Source: Dictyostelium discoideum (lineage: Eukaryota). From it: a stretch of 64,000 nucleotides of DNA. Within the stretch, counting starts at the first letter, position 1; each line of letters opens with the position of its first letter. The notes beneath the pieces were generated by a model that was not told the origin of the DNA, ran no database searches, and was given only the letters and a program-made list of their open reading frames with translations. The position numbers and the translations under genes are program-made. Positions 33,133-50,394 of this stretch are shown one piece after another. The stretch lies in assembly GCA_000004695.1 (NCBI GenBank), contig CM000154.2, forward strand, positions 1,056,001 to 1,120,000, in the 5' to 3' direction.

Positions 33133-36100
33133 ATGGGTAATACATTTACTTATTTCCAAAATGAATCAGAAAATAATTTACCATCATTTAAAATACCAAA
33201 AATACCAACATTTGAAGAAATTTCAAGTAAACTATCAAAAGAAGGAGTAACAAAAAAAAAATTGGAAGAAATTTTTGAAGAATGTTGTTTTATGTCAATT
33301 GATTTCTTTTTTGATAAATATAAATCAAGTGATTTATTAAAATGTTTACACCGTATGTTATATATATATATATATTTATTAATAATAAAAATAATAAAAA
33401 TATTAATAATTTTTTAATTTTAAAAAAAATAGAAAATCAAAAAGTAGAATGGATGTTTAAATGTAAACAATGTTCAAATGATGCATGTGGATATATTTGT
33501 TGTAAATGTTTTTTAAATGGTAATCATATTGAAGAAGGTCATACATTTTCATTGTATGAGAGTCAAATAAATGATTTTTGTGATTGTGGTAATGAAGAAA
33601 TATTAAAAAAGAGTGGATTTTGTTCAACACATGCTGGAGTTAATGAAAAGAGTAAAAAAGAGATCATTGATAGATTACCATTCTTTATAAAAAAAGATGT
33701 TCATATTTTCTTTAGATACCTTTTTCAATATTTACAAAACCTTACAACATCGATTTTGTTAGAGAAAAATTCAGCATCGGTTGAAGTTATTATTGGTTGG
33801 TTAAAAGAGATTTGCTCAGTTTCTTCAATATTGGTTCATATCATTGCTGAAGAATTCACATCAAGACAATTGGAGATTGGTGAAGATTCAAAGAGTAGAT
33901 TTAAATTGAATGAACATAAACCATTGCCATACAAAAATGAAGCAGAATCAATTCAAAGACTATGGGAGTCACATCATTTCTTGGGTTACATTTTCTCAAA
34001 AGTGGCCATATTGGATAAATTCTTACCATTGTTATCATTGTTGGTTGATAATCATAGTACTTTTAAAGTATCGGTTTTCGAAGAGTATTTAAAGAATTTC
34101 ATTACCATTTTCGCTCCAAGGGATAGAGCATCGTCACGTATTATGCAGTTTTTGGGTATTGTTTACATTGAAAATATAAAGATATCATTACCATTTGCAA
34201 CGGGTTATTCACGTCATAATGTAATCGAGTTAATACTTCGTAGTCATAAAACCATCTATGTTCCATTGCTTTTACCATTTTATCAATCATCAAGTTCAAA
34301 AGATATTACCAAGGAGGTTATGTTACAAACTGATGTACCAGCAATACCAAAGCTATTGAAAGAACCATCAGTAGTAAGATATTTTTGTTCTCAAAGTGAT
34401 AAATTCAAATTACTCTTTGAATATGCCAGAGAGTTACATAAATTCACATCACTTCAATTTGTTGATCCTTCAATTTCAACTACAAAATTCTTATTGGTAC
34501 AAGAATTGAATTTGATAGCCTCTGTAAAGAATATAATGGTTACATTGGATGGAATGGTGGGTGATACTGAATTCCGTCAAGAAATTATTGATTCAATTGC
34601 AGAGAAATTGGTTTCAAATATTGGTGAAATTAAGAAAAGACCTGTGTTTGAGAGATGTGGTATCAAATTACCACATAAGGATTTCTTTCAAAAGTTTACC
34701 TATGCAGAGATACCAGTTCATTTCCCATTGTATCGTATGTTATCAACTTTTCTATTAATGACTAAAATGGATCCATCTTTACTCTATACCAAATATGGTA
34801 TGCTTGAATCGGATGTCATTGATATGGTCCATACGATCGTGTTATTCAGAGTTTTTTATATCACATATGATCCAACTGAAACCTTGGAGAATTGTACCGA
34901 TATAACAATGACAAATGATTTACATATTTTACAAGTTGCAGTTTGTTTATTAGGTTCAAAGAAGTTTTTATATTCATTCTTCAATGTCGTTTCATCGATT
35001 GAACCAACACCAAGTGCATTCAATGAAGCATTCTCCATATTGGTTTCATCATTACAAATTCGTGCAACATTGGTACCAACTAAAAAAGTTATTGAATTTC
35101 ATTTGTTACAAGGATTATTTTCAAATATATTCTTTAAAACTCATTTCCGTTCATTTGATTCAGTTTTAATGGGTGTTAGTGAAAATGATATTTGTGAAAC
35201 CTATATCAATGAATTGGCCGAACCAACTGGTAGAGCATTGGAATTGAAAGATCAAGATAATTGGAAATACTATGACCCTTATTATCCACATTTCTCTCTA
35301 ACCTATCGTAATGCAATTCAAAATGGTTCAAAGAAAAGATTTAAAAAATATATGGAATCAAAGAAAATCCCATCCGAATCAAATCCATTACCACCAGTCT
35401 TAGAGGAGTTACCAACAGAGTTATTGGGATTAACTAAAATTTTCAATGATCAAACTTTAATTGAAATCATTTTTTGTATATTGGCCGATTGTTTATATCC
35501 AACATTTATTGGTTATGATAATAGTATTGAACTTCAACCAATTCTTAAAATGATCATTTCAAATCCACAAATCATTTTAAATGATTTCTTTTATCTTTTA
35601 GTATTATCAATTAAATCATTCAAAGAGATTACTTTACCAATTTTAACAAAATCGGAAATAGATGAAATTGTAAATTCTGTAATTAATTTCTTTGATCATG
35701 AAAAATTAATTAAAACTCAAATTTTAATTAATAATTCAACTGATCAAAATGAAAAAGAAAAGTTATTAATAGAAAATCAAGATAAAATTTTAGAAAATTT
35801 AACAGATAATATTAAAATTAATTATGATGAAACTACTACTACTACTACTACAACCTCAATTGAAGAAAAAGAAAATGTTAATGATAAAGAAATATTTGAT
35901 TCATTAAAAGAAGAAGAAAAAGAAAAAGAAGAAGAAAAAGAAAAAGATAAAGAGAATGAAGAAATTGTAGTTGAAAAAGAAAAATTAAAAGAATTTAGTT
36001 TTAATGGTAAAGATAATGTAATCTATAATTTATTACGTGTTTATAATGTTGAAGTTAAAATTGGTTTTAAAGAGAGATTATCAGTCTTGGATTTACTTTT

Positions 36101-38480
36101 CAAATTTTGGGATTTAATGACAAATCAAACTCAGTATTTACAATTACGTGGAAGTTTATTATACATTTTCAGTTTTTTGAAAGAATTTGATCCAATCTTT
36201 CAAAAAGTATTTGATGAACATAAAGTTGATCTTGTTCACGATGTCGAACATTCAAATCAAGATGATTTAGCTCATAAAAAATCAATGGCCGAAAAGAGAT
36301 TAAAATTATTAGAACAAATGAAAAAACAACAACAATCATTCTTTGATGATTTATCAGATCAAGAAGGGGAAGAAGAAGAAGGAAAAGGACAAGACAATAA
36401 AAAAGATGAAAAAGATGATAAAAAAGATGATAAAAAAGAAAATGAAAATAAAGAAAATAAAGATAATGAAAATAAAGATAATGAAAATAAAGATAATGAA
36501 AATAAAGATAATGAAAAAGAATTAAATGATAAATCAAATATTGATGATGGTAGAAATGAAACAACGGTGACAACAAAAGTAAAAATAATTGAAGAAGTAG
36601 AAGAAGAAGAAGAAGAAGAAAATATAATAAAAATTGAAAAAGTTGAAGAAAAAGTTGAAGAAAAAGAAAAAGAAAAACATAAACATGATCATGATCATGA
36701 AAATGAAGATGAAGATGAACATAGTGAATTCGAACCATGTGTAGTTTGTAAACTTTCAGAAAAAGCTGGTAGATTATTTGCAATAGCATATGTTGACTTA
36801 TCATCAGTTTCTCATCAAAATACAAAACAATCAATTGATGAAATTAAAATGGATAAATTGAATGTTGGTTACAATGAAAATTATAAAAAATTTTTAGAGA
36901 AATATTATTCAATACTTAAACAAAATTCAGCTAAAACCATCCCAACTGGAGAAAAACCAGAAAGTTTTTCAGTTTATTTATTCTCGAATTCAGTATCAAC
37001 CTATGTAACTTCATGTGGTCATAATATTCATAAGAGATGTTTTGACAACCTTATGAAGGGCCAACCATTGGATCCATTTCTTGCAACAGCTTTCAAGTGT
37101 CCACTTTGTAATAGACATTCAAATATTACAATTGTGTTGGGTGAGCCAAATGATACCATTCAATATAGATCCTATGTTGAGGATCTCTTTAAAAAGTTAT
37201 GTTACTATGATTTCGTATCATTGATGAACAAAGATTCAATGTATAGTATCGATGAATACCTTTGGAAATTCATTATTCAAAATATTGAAACCTTGGAATT
37301 GAAGAGTAGAAAAACCACTCTATACAATGACAATGATCAACAGCCAGCTTACTTTTTAATGTCAGAACATGACTTCCAAAGAGAGCTCACCACAACTGCT
37401 CGTTTACATAGAGTGATTGCACAAGTTGACTTTAAACAAAAAGTTCCACATGCAGAGTTACCAATTAGAAATAATGGTATCTTTTTCTCTGATGCATTCA
37501 TTGCTTCATCCTATTCAATTTGGTTATGCAAATTTCATCCATCTCAATTATTTGATATCATTTTAGATGGTTTACAATATTATATCTTTAAAATGGTAAT
37601 TCATCATTGTATAAAGAATAATATAATGCCAACCACTGGTGATGAAAATACAAACCAATACATTTCAAATGCTATCAATCTAATCACCAATGAATTCAAT
37701 CGTTTATTTTATGGTGAAAAACCATTATTAGACAATGATAATACATTTAGAGAAGAGTTTATCAATCAATTACTTCCATTCGTTAGAAAATTATATTTAC
37801 TCTATATCATTATCTCAAGAGCAAATCCAAAACAACCTCAACCACCGATATTAACAATGGAGAAATTAACCGATATTAACTATTGTTTAAGTTGTTTCAA
37901 ATTCAATGGTTTACTCGATATGGTTAATATAGTTTGTTCAAAAGCAAACTTTGAAAATACTCTCAATCAATTCTTGAGAAAGGATAAAATGACCTCACAA
38001 CTTTCAGCTTTTCCTCAAGTATTTTGTAGTTTCCCACCACCTTTGAAATATGATTCCTTACCAAAATGGATTGATCTCCCAACTAGATTTGTAGATTTTA
38101 TGAAAGATCATCTATTTGCTGGTCATTGTTCAAAATGTGGTGCTTTATTAAAATTGGTTTGTTTAATGTGTGGTAATTGTTCATGTGAAACTTCATCTTG
38201 CAGAATCGATTTATTCTTTCACAAACCTTCTTGTTGTACTCAATATCCATTGGCATTTTACCATGCAATCGATAGACCATTTGCAAAATCTTTCAAACTT
38301 GAACAAGGATTTTTAAAAGCTCAAACTCCAACATTCATCAGCATCTATTTGGATCAAAATGGTCATAAAATCGCTACACCTTCAATTCATGCAAAATTAT
38401 CAAATAAGAAACTTTCCAAACTTTATAAATGTTGGATTGATTGTAGTAATAGAAGAAAATATTTCATTGAGAAAAAATAG
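33133..38480 (+). CDS. UBR-box E3 ubiquitin ligase (N-recognin, UBR1/2/3-like), about 1755 aa, two exons: join(33133..33352,33433..38480).
   Basis: Donor GTATGT at 33353 (phase 1), acceptor aaaaaatag at 33432. UBR-box Cys/His array ..KCKQCSNDACGYICCKCFLNGNHIEEGHTFSLYESQINDFCDCGNEEILKKSGFCSTHAG... A C-terminal RING-like segment ..CVVCKL..CGHNIHKRCFDNL..FKCPLCNRH.. and the UBR C-terminal autoinhibitory region are present. Confidence 0.8.
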
Positions 38481-38748
38481 TTTATTGTAAAAAAAAAATA
38501 AAAAAATAAAAAAAAAAAATAAAATAAAATAAACAAAACAAAAAACGTTCCCCAAAAAAATTATCAAGATATTTTATTTTTTTTATTTTTTTATTTTTTT
38601 TTTTATTTTTTTTTATTTTTTTTTTAAAATTTTATTTTTACTTTTCTATTTTTTTCTTTTTTACACTCCGAACTGTTTTACTTTTTATTTTTTTATTTTT
38701 AAATTTTATTTTATTTGCGGTAATAATACAAAAGAAAAAAAAAAAAAA

Positions 38749-38927
38749 ATGATTAAAAGTTTATTATTATTAATATCTATAATTATTGGAATTGTTATTT
38801 CTCAAGAGGGAGCTTACCCACCAGCAGGTATTTATGTTGGACTTTCATCAAATTTCTTAACAACTGAAGGTGAATCTGTAAGTAAAATAATTATATTAAA
38901 TATTAAAGTTTAATTCTAATTTTTATT

Positions 38928-38958
<31 letters not shown>

Positions 38959-40458
38959 TTAACTATTAGCTAACAACATATGCTCAAAATGAATTATTAT
39001 CAATGTCATTACCAGATCAATCAGGATCTTCAAGTAAAGCATCATATACATTCACATCTTTTAAACTTGGTTTAACCTTGGATAATATTTTCTATAATCA
39101 ATTACAAACAGATGTTTATCAAATGTAAATTATAAAATAATCATAATAATAATAATAATCCTAGAAATAATAATTAATAATCCATGATACTAAATTTTTA
39201 AAATTTTTTTTTTGGAAATAGTGGTTGGGAAACAATATCTTTTGAATTACAATGGAATTATCATATTTGTGCAAATGCAATTTTCAATCCATGTGAAAAT
39301 GGTAATATTCAAGTTGGTACAGTTTCAGGAGCATCTGCAGCCGTTGCATCAAATGTTTATGTTGAATTTAATTCAACATCAACATCAATCATTGCAACCA
39401 ATACAACTATGGCATTTGATCAAGGTGCAGTTCAAGTTAATGTACATTGTTCAAATGCAATTTGTGTTATTCCAGTTAGTGATATTGCCAATGAAGTCGC
39501 ACAAAACTTTGTTACTGAGCTCACAAATGGTATCACCAAAGCCATTAATGAACAAGTTCCAACCATCGAAGCATTATTTACACCAATTAAACAAATTCCA
39601 ATGACTCTTTCAAATGGTGATTCATTTTGGATCAATTTAGAGGGTACTTTAGTTGAAGAGAGTAATCCAACCGCTGATTTACCAACAATTACCGCTGCTT
39701 TAAATGGTGGTGTAATTTTAGAGAATACTGATGGTAATTTCGTTTATCCATCACAAATTCCATCCTACATTCCAACCGATTCACAATTGGAATCTTTCAC
39801 TAGTGACTATAGTATTGTTGTAACTGGATTTTTCATTGAATCTTTATTTGACGCTGTTTTCGCTTCAGCTTTACCAATGACAATCAATCCAAGTCAAGTT
39901 CCATCGGCTTCACCTGTTCAATTGAATACTAGTGATGGCTTTTTCAGTGGTGTTGCTCCAGGTTTATCTCAATACCCAAATCTTGGAATTCAAGTTAATT
40001 GTTATTCACCCGTTACTCCATTGGTTAGTATTAACTCATCAGCAATCTCTTTATTCAATTTGGAATTATCAGCTGATTTCATCATTTTAAATGGTGATAA
40101 TCCATTCACTGCTTTCACTGTTTTATTCACAATCGATGCTTCTCTTTCAACTGAAATCCTCACTGATTCTCCTTCAACTTTTTCTTTAAATTCAACTCTT
40201 GCCTCTATGACTCCAAACGCTACAATCGTCACTAGTACCATTGGCTCAGTTGATGCAACTGGTTTCGTACAATTAATGCAAATGGTACAAGGTGTAATTA
40301 AATTACCTTCTCCAGCTTATTCTGTACCTTCAAAATATTCAATGTCAAATGTTGAATTACAACTTGGTACTCAAGTAATTCAAATCACTTTTGATTTAAT
40401 TGATTCCTCTTTACTAGAAAAACAAAAAATTATTAAAAAATCTATAAATTTTAATTGA
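38749..40458 (+). CDS. Secreted ~506-aa protein, paralogue A of a tandem pair (possible BPI/LBP/CETP-like two-domain lipid-binding fold; speculative). Exons: join(38749..38877,38970..39124,39222..40458).
   Basis: Signal peptide MIKSLLLLISIIIGIVISQ. Donors GTAAGT at 38878 and GTAAAT at 39125; acceptors at 38969 and 39221. Intron phases 0 and 2, identical to paralogue B. Confidence 0.6.
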
Positions 40459-40776
40459 ATATATAAAACGAAATAAAATAAAATAAAATAAATAAAAAAA
40501 TTATTTGTAATAATATTTTAAAAAATAAATATCAAATTCCAATTATTCTTAATTTTAACTAGATTCATGATGATTGATACTCCTCTTGTTTAATACTTGA
40601 TTGTGGTGGTAGTGGCTGTGGTTGAAATTTAATATTTTAAATTCAAACAATAACTATTGTAATAGAGTAATAGGGTTTTAAATACACTTAATTCACCTTT
40701 TTTCTTTATTATAAATAATATTAAATTAAAATAAAATTAAAAAAATAATGATGAAACTACATTAGTTGTTGATCTA

Positions 40777-40900
40777 CCTCCAAAAAATGATGATCCATCT
40801 CTCTCTGGTTGTTGTGGTTGTTTAAAACTACTAGATCCGCCTCCAAAAAATGATGATACATCTTTTTCTGTTTGTGGTGGTTGTGATTTAGTTGGTGTTT
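40777..40900. repeat. Two tandem ~63-bp repeat units (CCTCCAAAAAATGATGATMCATCTYTYTCTGKTTGTGGTKGTT..) in a GC-richer island between the paralogues
   Basis: Seen directly. Minus-strand frames give ..KDVSSFFGGGSSSFKQPQQPERDGSSFFGGRSTT.. and a signal-peptide-like MVMVWLLLSLLLYYLIF.. at 41050, but no consistent gene model could be built. Confidence 0.6.
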
Positions 40901-41290
40901 GAAGTGGTTTTTGTTATTGTTGTTGTGGTGGGTTGTGTTTGTGGTACTTGTGAAACCAACTTAAATATATGTTTCTTTATTTTCTTATAATAATAAAAAA
41001 ATCAAATAATACAAGAGCAACGACAACAATAACCAGACCATCACCATTGTTTAGATGCAAATTGTTTTTTGTTTTTATTTTAATTAAATTTCCAAAAGAT
41101 TTTTTTTCTTTTTTTTTTTATTTTTTTTTTTTTATTAAAAAAAAAAAAACCCAAACACTTTTTTTTATTATAATAATTATTCCTCATAATCCATGTATTT
41201 AAAAAAATAAAAAAATTATTCTTCATAATACATGTATTTTAAAAAATAAAATATATATATATATAAATATATTTATTTATTCAAAATAAA

Positions 41291-42986
41291 ATGAATAAAA
41301 CTATCATACTTTTATTAATTTCAATTATTTTTGAAATAGTAATATCATCATCCGTTGATGGTAATTATCCAGCTGGAGGTTTATATTTTGGTGTATCATC
41401 AAATTTCTTGGTTGGTGAATCTGAAAAGGTATTTATCAATCATTAATTGTCCCTTAATTTCGTAAATATTAACCTAAATTTAAAAAAAAAAATAAAATAA
41501 AAAATATATATATAGTTTACTCAATATGTTCAAGATGAATTATTAGCAATGGATTTGCCAGATCAATCAGGTGATTCAGATGGAGTACAATATTCATTTA
41601 CTCATTTTAAACTTGCATTAAATTTACAAGATTTCTTTTATGCACAATTAGGACCTGGTGTTTTTCAAATGTAATTCAAATATTTTATTTAAAAAAAAAA
41701 AAAAAAAAAGAGATTATAAAACTTTGTTAACTTTGTTATATCTATCTTTTTTAAAATTAGGGGATGGGATACTATTACATTTAATTTACAATGGGAATAT
41801 GAAATTTGTGTTAAAAAAGTTGTAAAACTTTGTGAATCAGGCACAATTACAGTTTATACAGCAAGTGGTCAAAGTGTATCATTAGGAACTACATTAGATG
41901 TTTTATTTAATTCATCAAATGCAAAGATTGAGGCAACATCAACTGTTATGCCATTTGAGGCGGGGGCAGTGGTTGCAAGTGTACATTGTACAGATTCGGT
42001 TTGTTTAATACCAATCAATGATATCGTGAGTGAAGTTTCATCACAATTTGTATCACAAGTTACAAATGGTGTTACAAAGGCTATAAATGATAAAGCCCCC
42101 TCTATTGAGCAACTGTTTACACCAATTAAACAGATACCAATAACTATGGATAGTGGTAACCAATATTGGATTGATTTAGAGGGTTGTTTAGTTGAAGCTA
42201 ATTATAGTTCAAATTCACCATCCACCATTACCGCTGCTATTAATGGTGGTATAGTTTTAGAGAATACTGATGGTAATTTCGTTTACCCAACTCAAACACC
42301 ATCCTATGTACCATACGATTCACAAATGGAGTCTTTCACATCAGACTACTGTATCACTATCACTGGTTACTTTATTGAGACCCTGTTGGATGCTGTATTG
42401 GTACCAGAGTTTCCAATGACAATTCAACCATCACAAATACCAGCTTCATCACCAGTTCAATTGAATACAAGTTCTGATTTCTTTAGTGGTATCGCTCCAA
42501 ATTTAACCTCTAAATATCCAAATGTTGGTATTCAAGTGAATTTAATGCCACCAACAATACCAACGGTTACGATCAATTCAAGTGCTATCATTTTAACAGA
42601 TTTTGAAATTTCAACTTCATTTTTAGTGTTAACTGATAATGATGATGCTATTCCTGTTTTCAATGTTTTGTTCAAATTTGATGCTGAAATCCAAACCACC
42701 CTTTATACTGATAGTGTCTCTGTTTTCTCTTTAAATTCAACATTACTATCAATAACACCAAATGTAACCATAACTGATTCAAACGTTGGTTCTGTCGATG
42801 CCACTGGTTTTGTTCAACTAATTGAAATGGCACAATCTATAATTAAAATTCCATCAATAACTTATCCTGTACCTTCAAAATATTCAATAACAAATGTAAA
42901 TTCACAACTTGGTGATCAAATAATTCAACTTACTTTTGATTTAATTGAAAATTCAACTAATCAAAAATATCTTAAAAAATCTGTAA

Positions 42987-43018
<32 letters not shown>

Positions 43019-43021
43019 TGA
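41291..43021 (+). CDS. Secreted ~517-aa protein, paralogue B of the tandem pair. Exons: join(41291..41428,41516..41670,41761..43021).
   Basis: Signal peptide MNKTIILLLISIIFEIVISS. Same exon structure as A (exon 2 is 155 nt in both). Throughout the alignment it reads, for example, MPFEAGAVVASVHCTDSVCLIPINDIVSEV.. in B against MAFDQGAVQVNVHCSNAICVIPVSDIANEV.. in A. Confidence 0.6.
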
Positions 43022-43193
43022 ATGTATTTTAAATAAAATAATTATAAATAGTTTTGTAAAAAAAAAAAAAAAAAAAATAGAAATAGAATAAAAAAAAAAA
43101 AAACTATTTGGATTTATACAATTTTATTGATTTTTTTTATTATTATCATTAAATATTTATTTATTTATTTGTTTGTTTTTTTTTTTTTTTTTT

Positions 43194-44005
43194 TTAGTTT
43201 TGACTAATACCACCGCTACTATTACTATTGATGGATGAAACTAAAATTGTTGGACGTCTTTGTGGAATTTTTGATTTTAAACTTGATTGTGTTGATGAAA
43301 AGGATGAATTTGGTATATTTTCTTTTGTTGAAGTTGGTGGTATTAATGATTTTCTTGGTATTTTCGAAACAGTTGATGATGATGATGATGATATTGATGA
43401 CGATGACGATAAAACTGACATTCTTGGAGCAATTGATTTTCTCTGTTTAAGTGCACGTGGTGATTGTTGAATTATTTGTTGTGGTTGGATTGTTTGAATT
43501 GGTTGAATTGGTTGTTGTAAAGAAGATTGTAATGAAGTTAATTCTGAAAATTTTAAATCATGTTCTCTTTGTTTTAATTGTTGTTCAAATTCAAGTAATT
43601 GTTTTTTCTTTTCTAAATATTTCTTTTGTGATATTTCTAATTCCTTTTCTTTATCTTCCAATTGTTTAGTTTTAATTTCAATCTCTGAAACTGTTTGATT
43701 TAATTCCACTGCCAATTGTCTAAGTTTTTCTTTTTCATCCTCAATTTCAAATTCCTTTTCATCCAATCTAAATTCTTTTTCATTTAATTCTTTTTCTTTT
43801 AATTGAATTCTTTGTTCTTCAAATTTTATTTTCTCTTTTTCTTGTCTATTCTCTTCTCTTTGACATTCAATTTCAAATAATTGTTCATCTAAATTACTTA
43901 CATTATCACTTTTTTTTTTTTTAAAATTATACAAAAAAAATATTTATAATAATAATAGTAATATTAATAAAAAAAAAAAAATTAATAAATCATATATATA
44001 TTTGG

Positions 44006-44047
<42 letters not shown>

Positions 44048-44129
44048 ACAAATTTATTCCTCTATCTATTGGTTCTTCTGTATATGAAATTTTCTTTCTT
44101 TTATTTGGTGTGAATAATTCTTTATTCAT
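43194..44129 (-). CDS. Coiled-coil protein with a Ser-rich C-terminal tail (about 264 aa), two exons: complement(join(43194..43908,44050..44129)).
   Basis: ATG at 44129 (MNKELFTPNKRKKISYTEEPIDRGIN), donor GTAAGG at 44049 (phase 2), acceptor ..aaaaaaag at 43909. It joins in frame to track ORF 43194..43934, which the tracker began at a TTG. Glu/Lys heptad region ..KEKELNEKEFRLDEKEFEIEDEKEKLRQL.. Confidence 0.55.
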
Positions 44130-44709
44130 TTTTTTTTTTTTTTTTTTTTTTTATATTAATGATAATAATAAGTATATTATAAAAAATAATAAAAAAAATA
44201 AAAAACAAAGTGGCTTTTATAAAAAAAAAAAAAAAAAAAAAAATGAAAATAAATGAATTTTGGCGCCACTTTTTTTTTTTAGATATTTATTCATTTTTAT
44301 TTTTTTATTTTTTTATTTTTTTATTTTTTTTTTATCTCTTTATTTATTGTTTAGATCTTTTAAAACTTTTTCTTTAACACTATTTAAATCTTGAGTTATA
44401 TTTAAAATTAATTGACTTGATGATGAATTTTCAGTAATTTTTAACATTTCTTTTTTTAATTCCTCTGGATCTAATCTCTTTCTTTTATTTGGTATTGGTG
44501 CTTTTTTATTTTCTTGATTATAAAATAATTGAAGTAAGAGAATTGCTTGATTTTTTAATAAACCTGTTATACAATTATATGGTCTACCATTTGAAATTCT
44601 ATTTTTTAATTCAAAAAAAAAATAAAAAAAAATAAAAAAAATAAAAAAAATTTTAATATTTTGTTATTTAATTTTATTTTTATGAATTTAATTATATTTA
44701 TAAAAAAAC

Positions 44710-45100
44710 CTACGGTGAAAAATTTAATTCATATACTGAACCATTACCACCAAATTTATCATTATGGCAACCAAAAAATACTCTTTTAATTTTACAAAAT
44801 TGAAGAGCTACGGAGCACATCAAACATGGCTCTACTGTTACATATAAATCACATTCCTCTAAAAGTGAGTCTTTAAATCTATCATTTAATTCCTTATTTA
44901 GAAATATCTGATCAAATGCTTCAAGTTCTGCGTGTCTTGTTCCCTTTTTTATGGGAATTAAAGGAAATCGTGAAAATAAAAAAATAAAAATTTTTGAAAC
45001 AGGGTTTTTAAAAAAAAAAAAAAAAATTAAAAAATTTTTAAAAAAAAAAAAAATTTTAACCAAATGGTGTTAATATATCATCACCTGGTGTCATTTTTCG

Positions 45101-45132
<32 letters not shown>

Positions 45133-45531
45133 TACAAAAAAAATCCAGTTCAAACGGCATTTTGCCTAAATACATACATTTTTTTTAATATTTGTTTTAT
45201 TTGAACCCCTTGCGATAATTTCTCCTTTATATACAATAACACATGCCACTGGTACTTCTCCCTCTTTTAATGCTTTATAACCCTATTTTAATTTAATTAT
45301 TAATAACAGTATTGATTTATTAAAATTATAATTATTATTAATAATAATAATAATAAATACCTCTTCAATAGCAGCTTCCATAAATTTTTTATGGTTTGAT
45401 AATTCTTCTTGAATTTCAGTTTCATTAAACTCTTCAACTGTTTTTATATAATATTGTTTCCTTGTTTCTTTTTCAATTGATTCATTTATTATTTTATTAC
45501 AACAGCTACTGCTATTGTTTAAATGATCCAT
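44710..45531 (-). CDS. tRNA-specific adenosine-34 deaminase subunit Tad2/ADAT2 (CDA-fold zinc deaminase), about 169 aa, three exons: complement(join(44710..44943,45178..45282,45361..45531)).
   Basis: Exon 1 ..KKFMEAAIEE|, exon 2 GYKALKEGEVPVACVIVYKGEIIARGSNKTNIKKN|, exon 3 GTRHAELEAFDQ..CDLYVTVEPCLMCSVALQFCKIKRVFFGCHNDKFGGNGSVYELNF*. These carry the HAE..(n)..PCxxC zinc-binding signature and the ADAT2-specific FGC.N.kFGGnGs motif. Donors GTATTT and GTATGT, acceptors ..aaaatag and ..aaaaaag. Track ORFs 45283..45531 and 44710..45063 cover exons 1 and 3. Confidence 0.65.
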
Positions 45532-45843
45532 ATTTTTCTGAAATTTGTGAAAAACTAAAAAAAAAAAAATAAAAAAAAAATAAAAATAAAAAAATAAAAA
45601 ATAAAAATAATTGGTTTTGGGAAATAAAATTAATTTTTTAAAATAAAAAAAAAATATCTATATATTAAATTATTTTCTTGCAATGAAAATATGATATCTG
45701 GGAAAATCTAAATAAAAAACTATTATTACAATTATAACTTACTGTATTTATAAATTTAAATATAAAAAAAAAAAAAAAAAAAAAGAAAATTAATTTAATT
45801 AAAAACCTTTTTTGGTTTTTCATTATGCGATACTGGTTCAATA

Positions 45844-45874
<31 letters not shown>

Positions 45875-46142
45875 TTTTTTTTTTTTTTTATTTTTTTTTA
45901 AATTTTTTTTTTTAATTTTTTTTTTTTATTTTTTTTTTTTTGAATTTCATTATTTTTTCATTTTTTTTTTTTTTATTTTTTTTTTTTTTTTAAATATTAA
46001 ACATTTAATCAACCATAGAAATATTGGTACTATTTATAGGAAATAAAAAATCCTGTTGTATTAATATTGAAACTAATAATAATCATCAAACCACGTGGAG
46101 TAGATGATTTATTATTAAAGAGGTGTTATTAAACAATATATA

Positions 46143-46176
<34 letters not shown>

Positions 46177-46241
46177 CATTATCATCAATAAATAATATAA
46201 AACAAATATAATACATATATATAAATATAAAATCTTACAAA

Positions 46242-49954
<3,713 letters not shown>

Positions 49955-50394
49955 AAAAAAATTAAAATTAAAAAAAAATAAAAAATTAAATTAAAAAAAA
50001 AAAAAAAAAAAAAGAATTAAAATATACATATATATAAATAACAAAAAAAAAAAAAAAAGAAATTTGTAAATAAAAAAGCGAATGAAAAAAAAAAAAAATA
50101 TTTTATAATTTAATTTAAAAAATAAAATCTAATTTTTTCCAAACCATTTTATTATTGAAATAAAAGTTAAAAATTAAATACAACAAAATGATTTAAAAAT
50201 AAAAAAATAAAATAAATAAAAGAAAATTAAATTTTAGTTATGTACAAAAAATATAAAACAAATTTGTTTTATAAATGGTTTTTAATTATTTTTTTTAATA
50301 AATTAACACTATGTTTTTTTTTTTTTTTTTTTTTTTAAATGTTAAACCAGATTTATTCGTTTACCATTTTGATCAAAGGTTGGGACCAAAGTGT

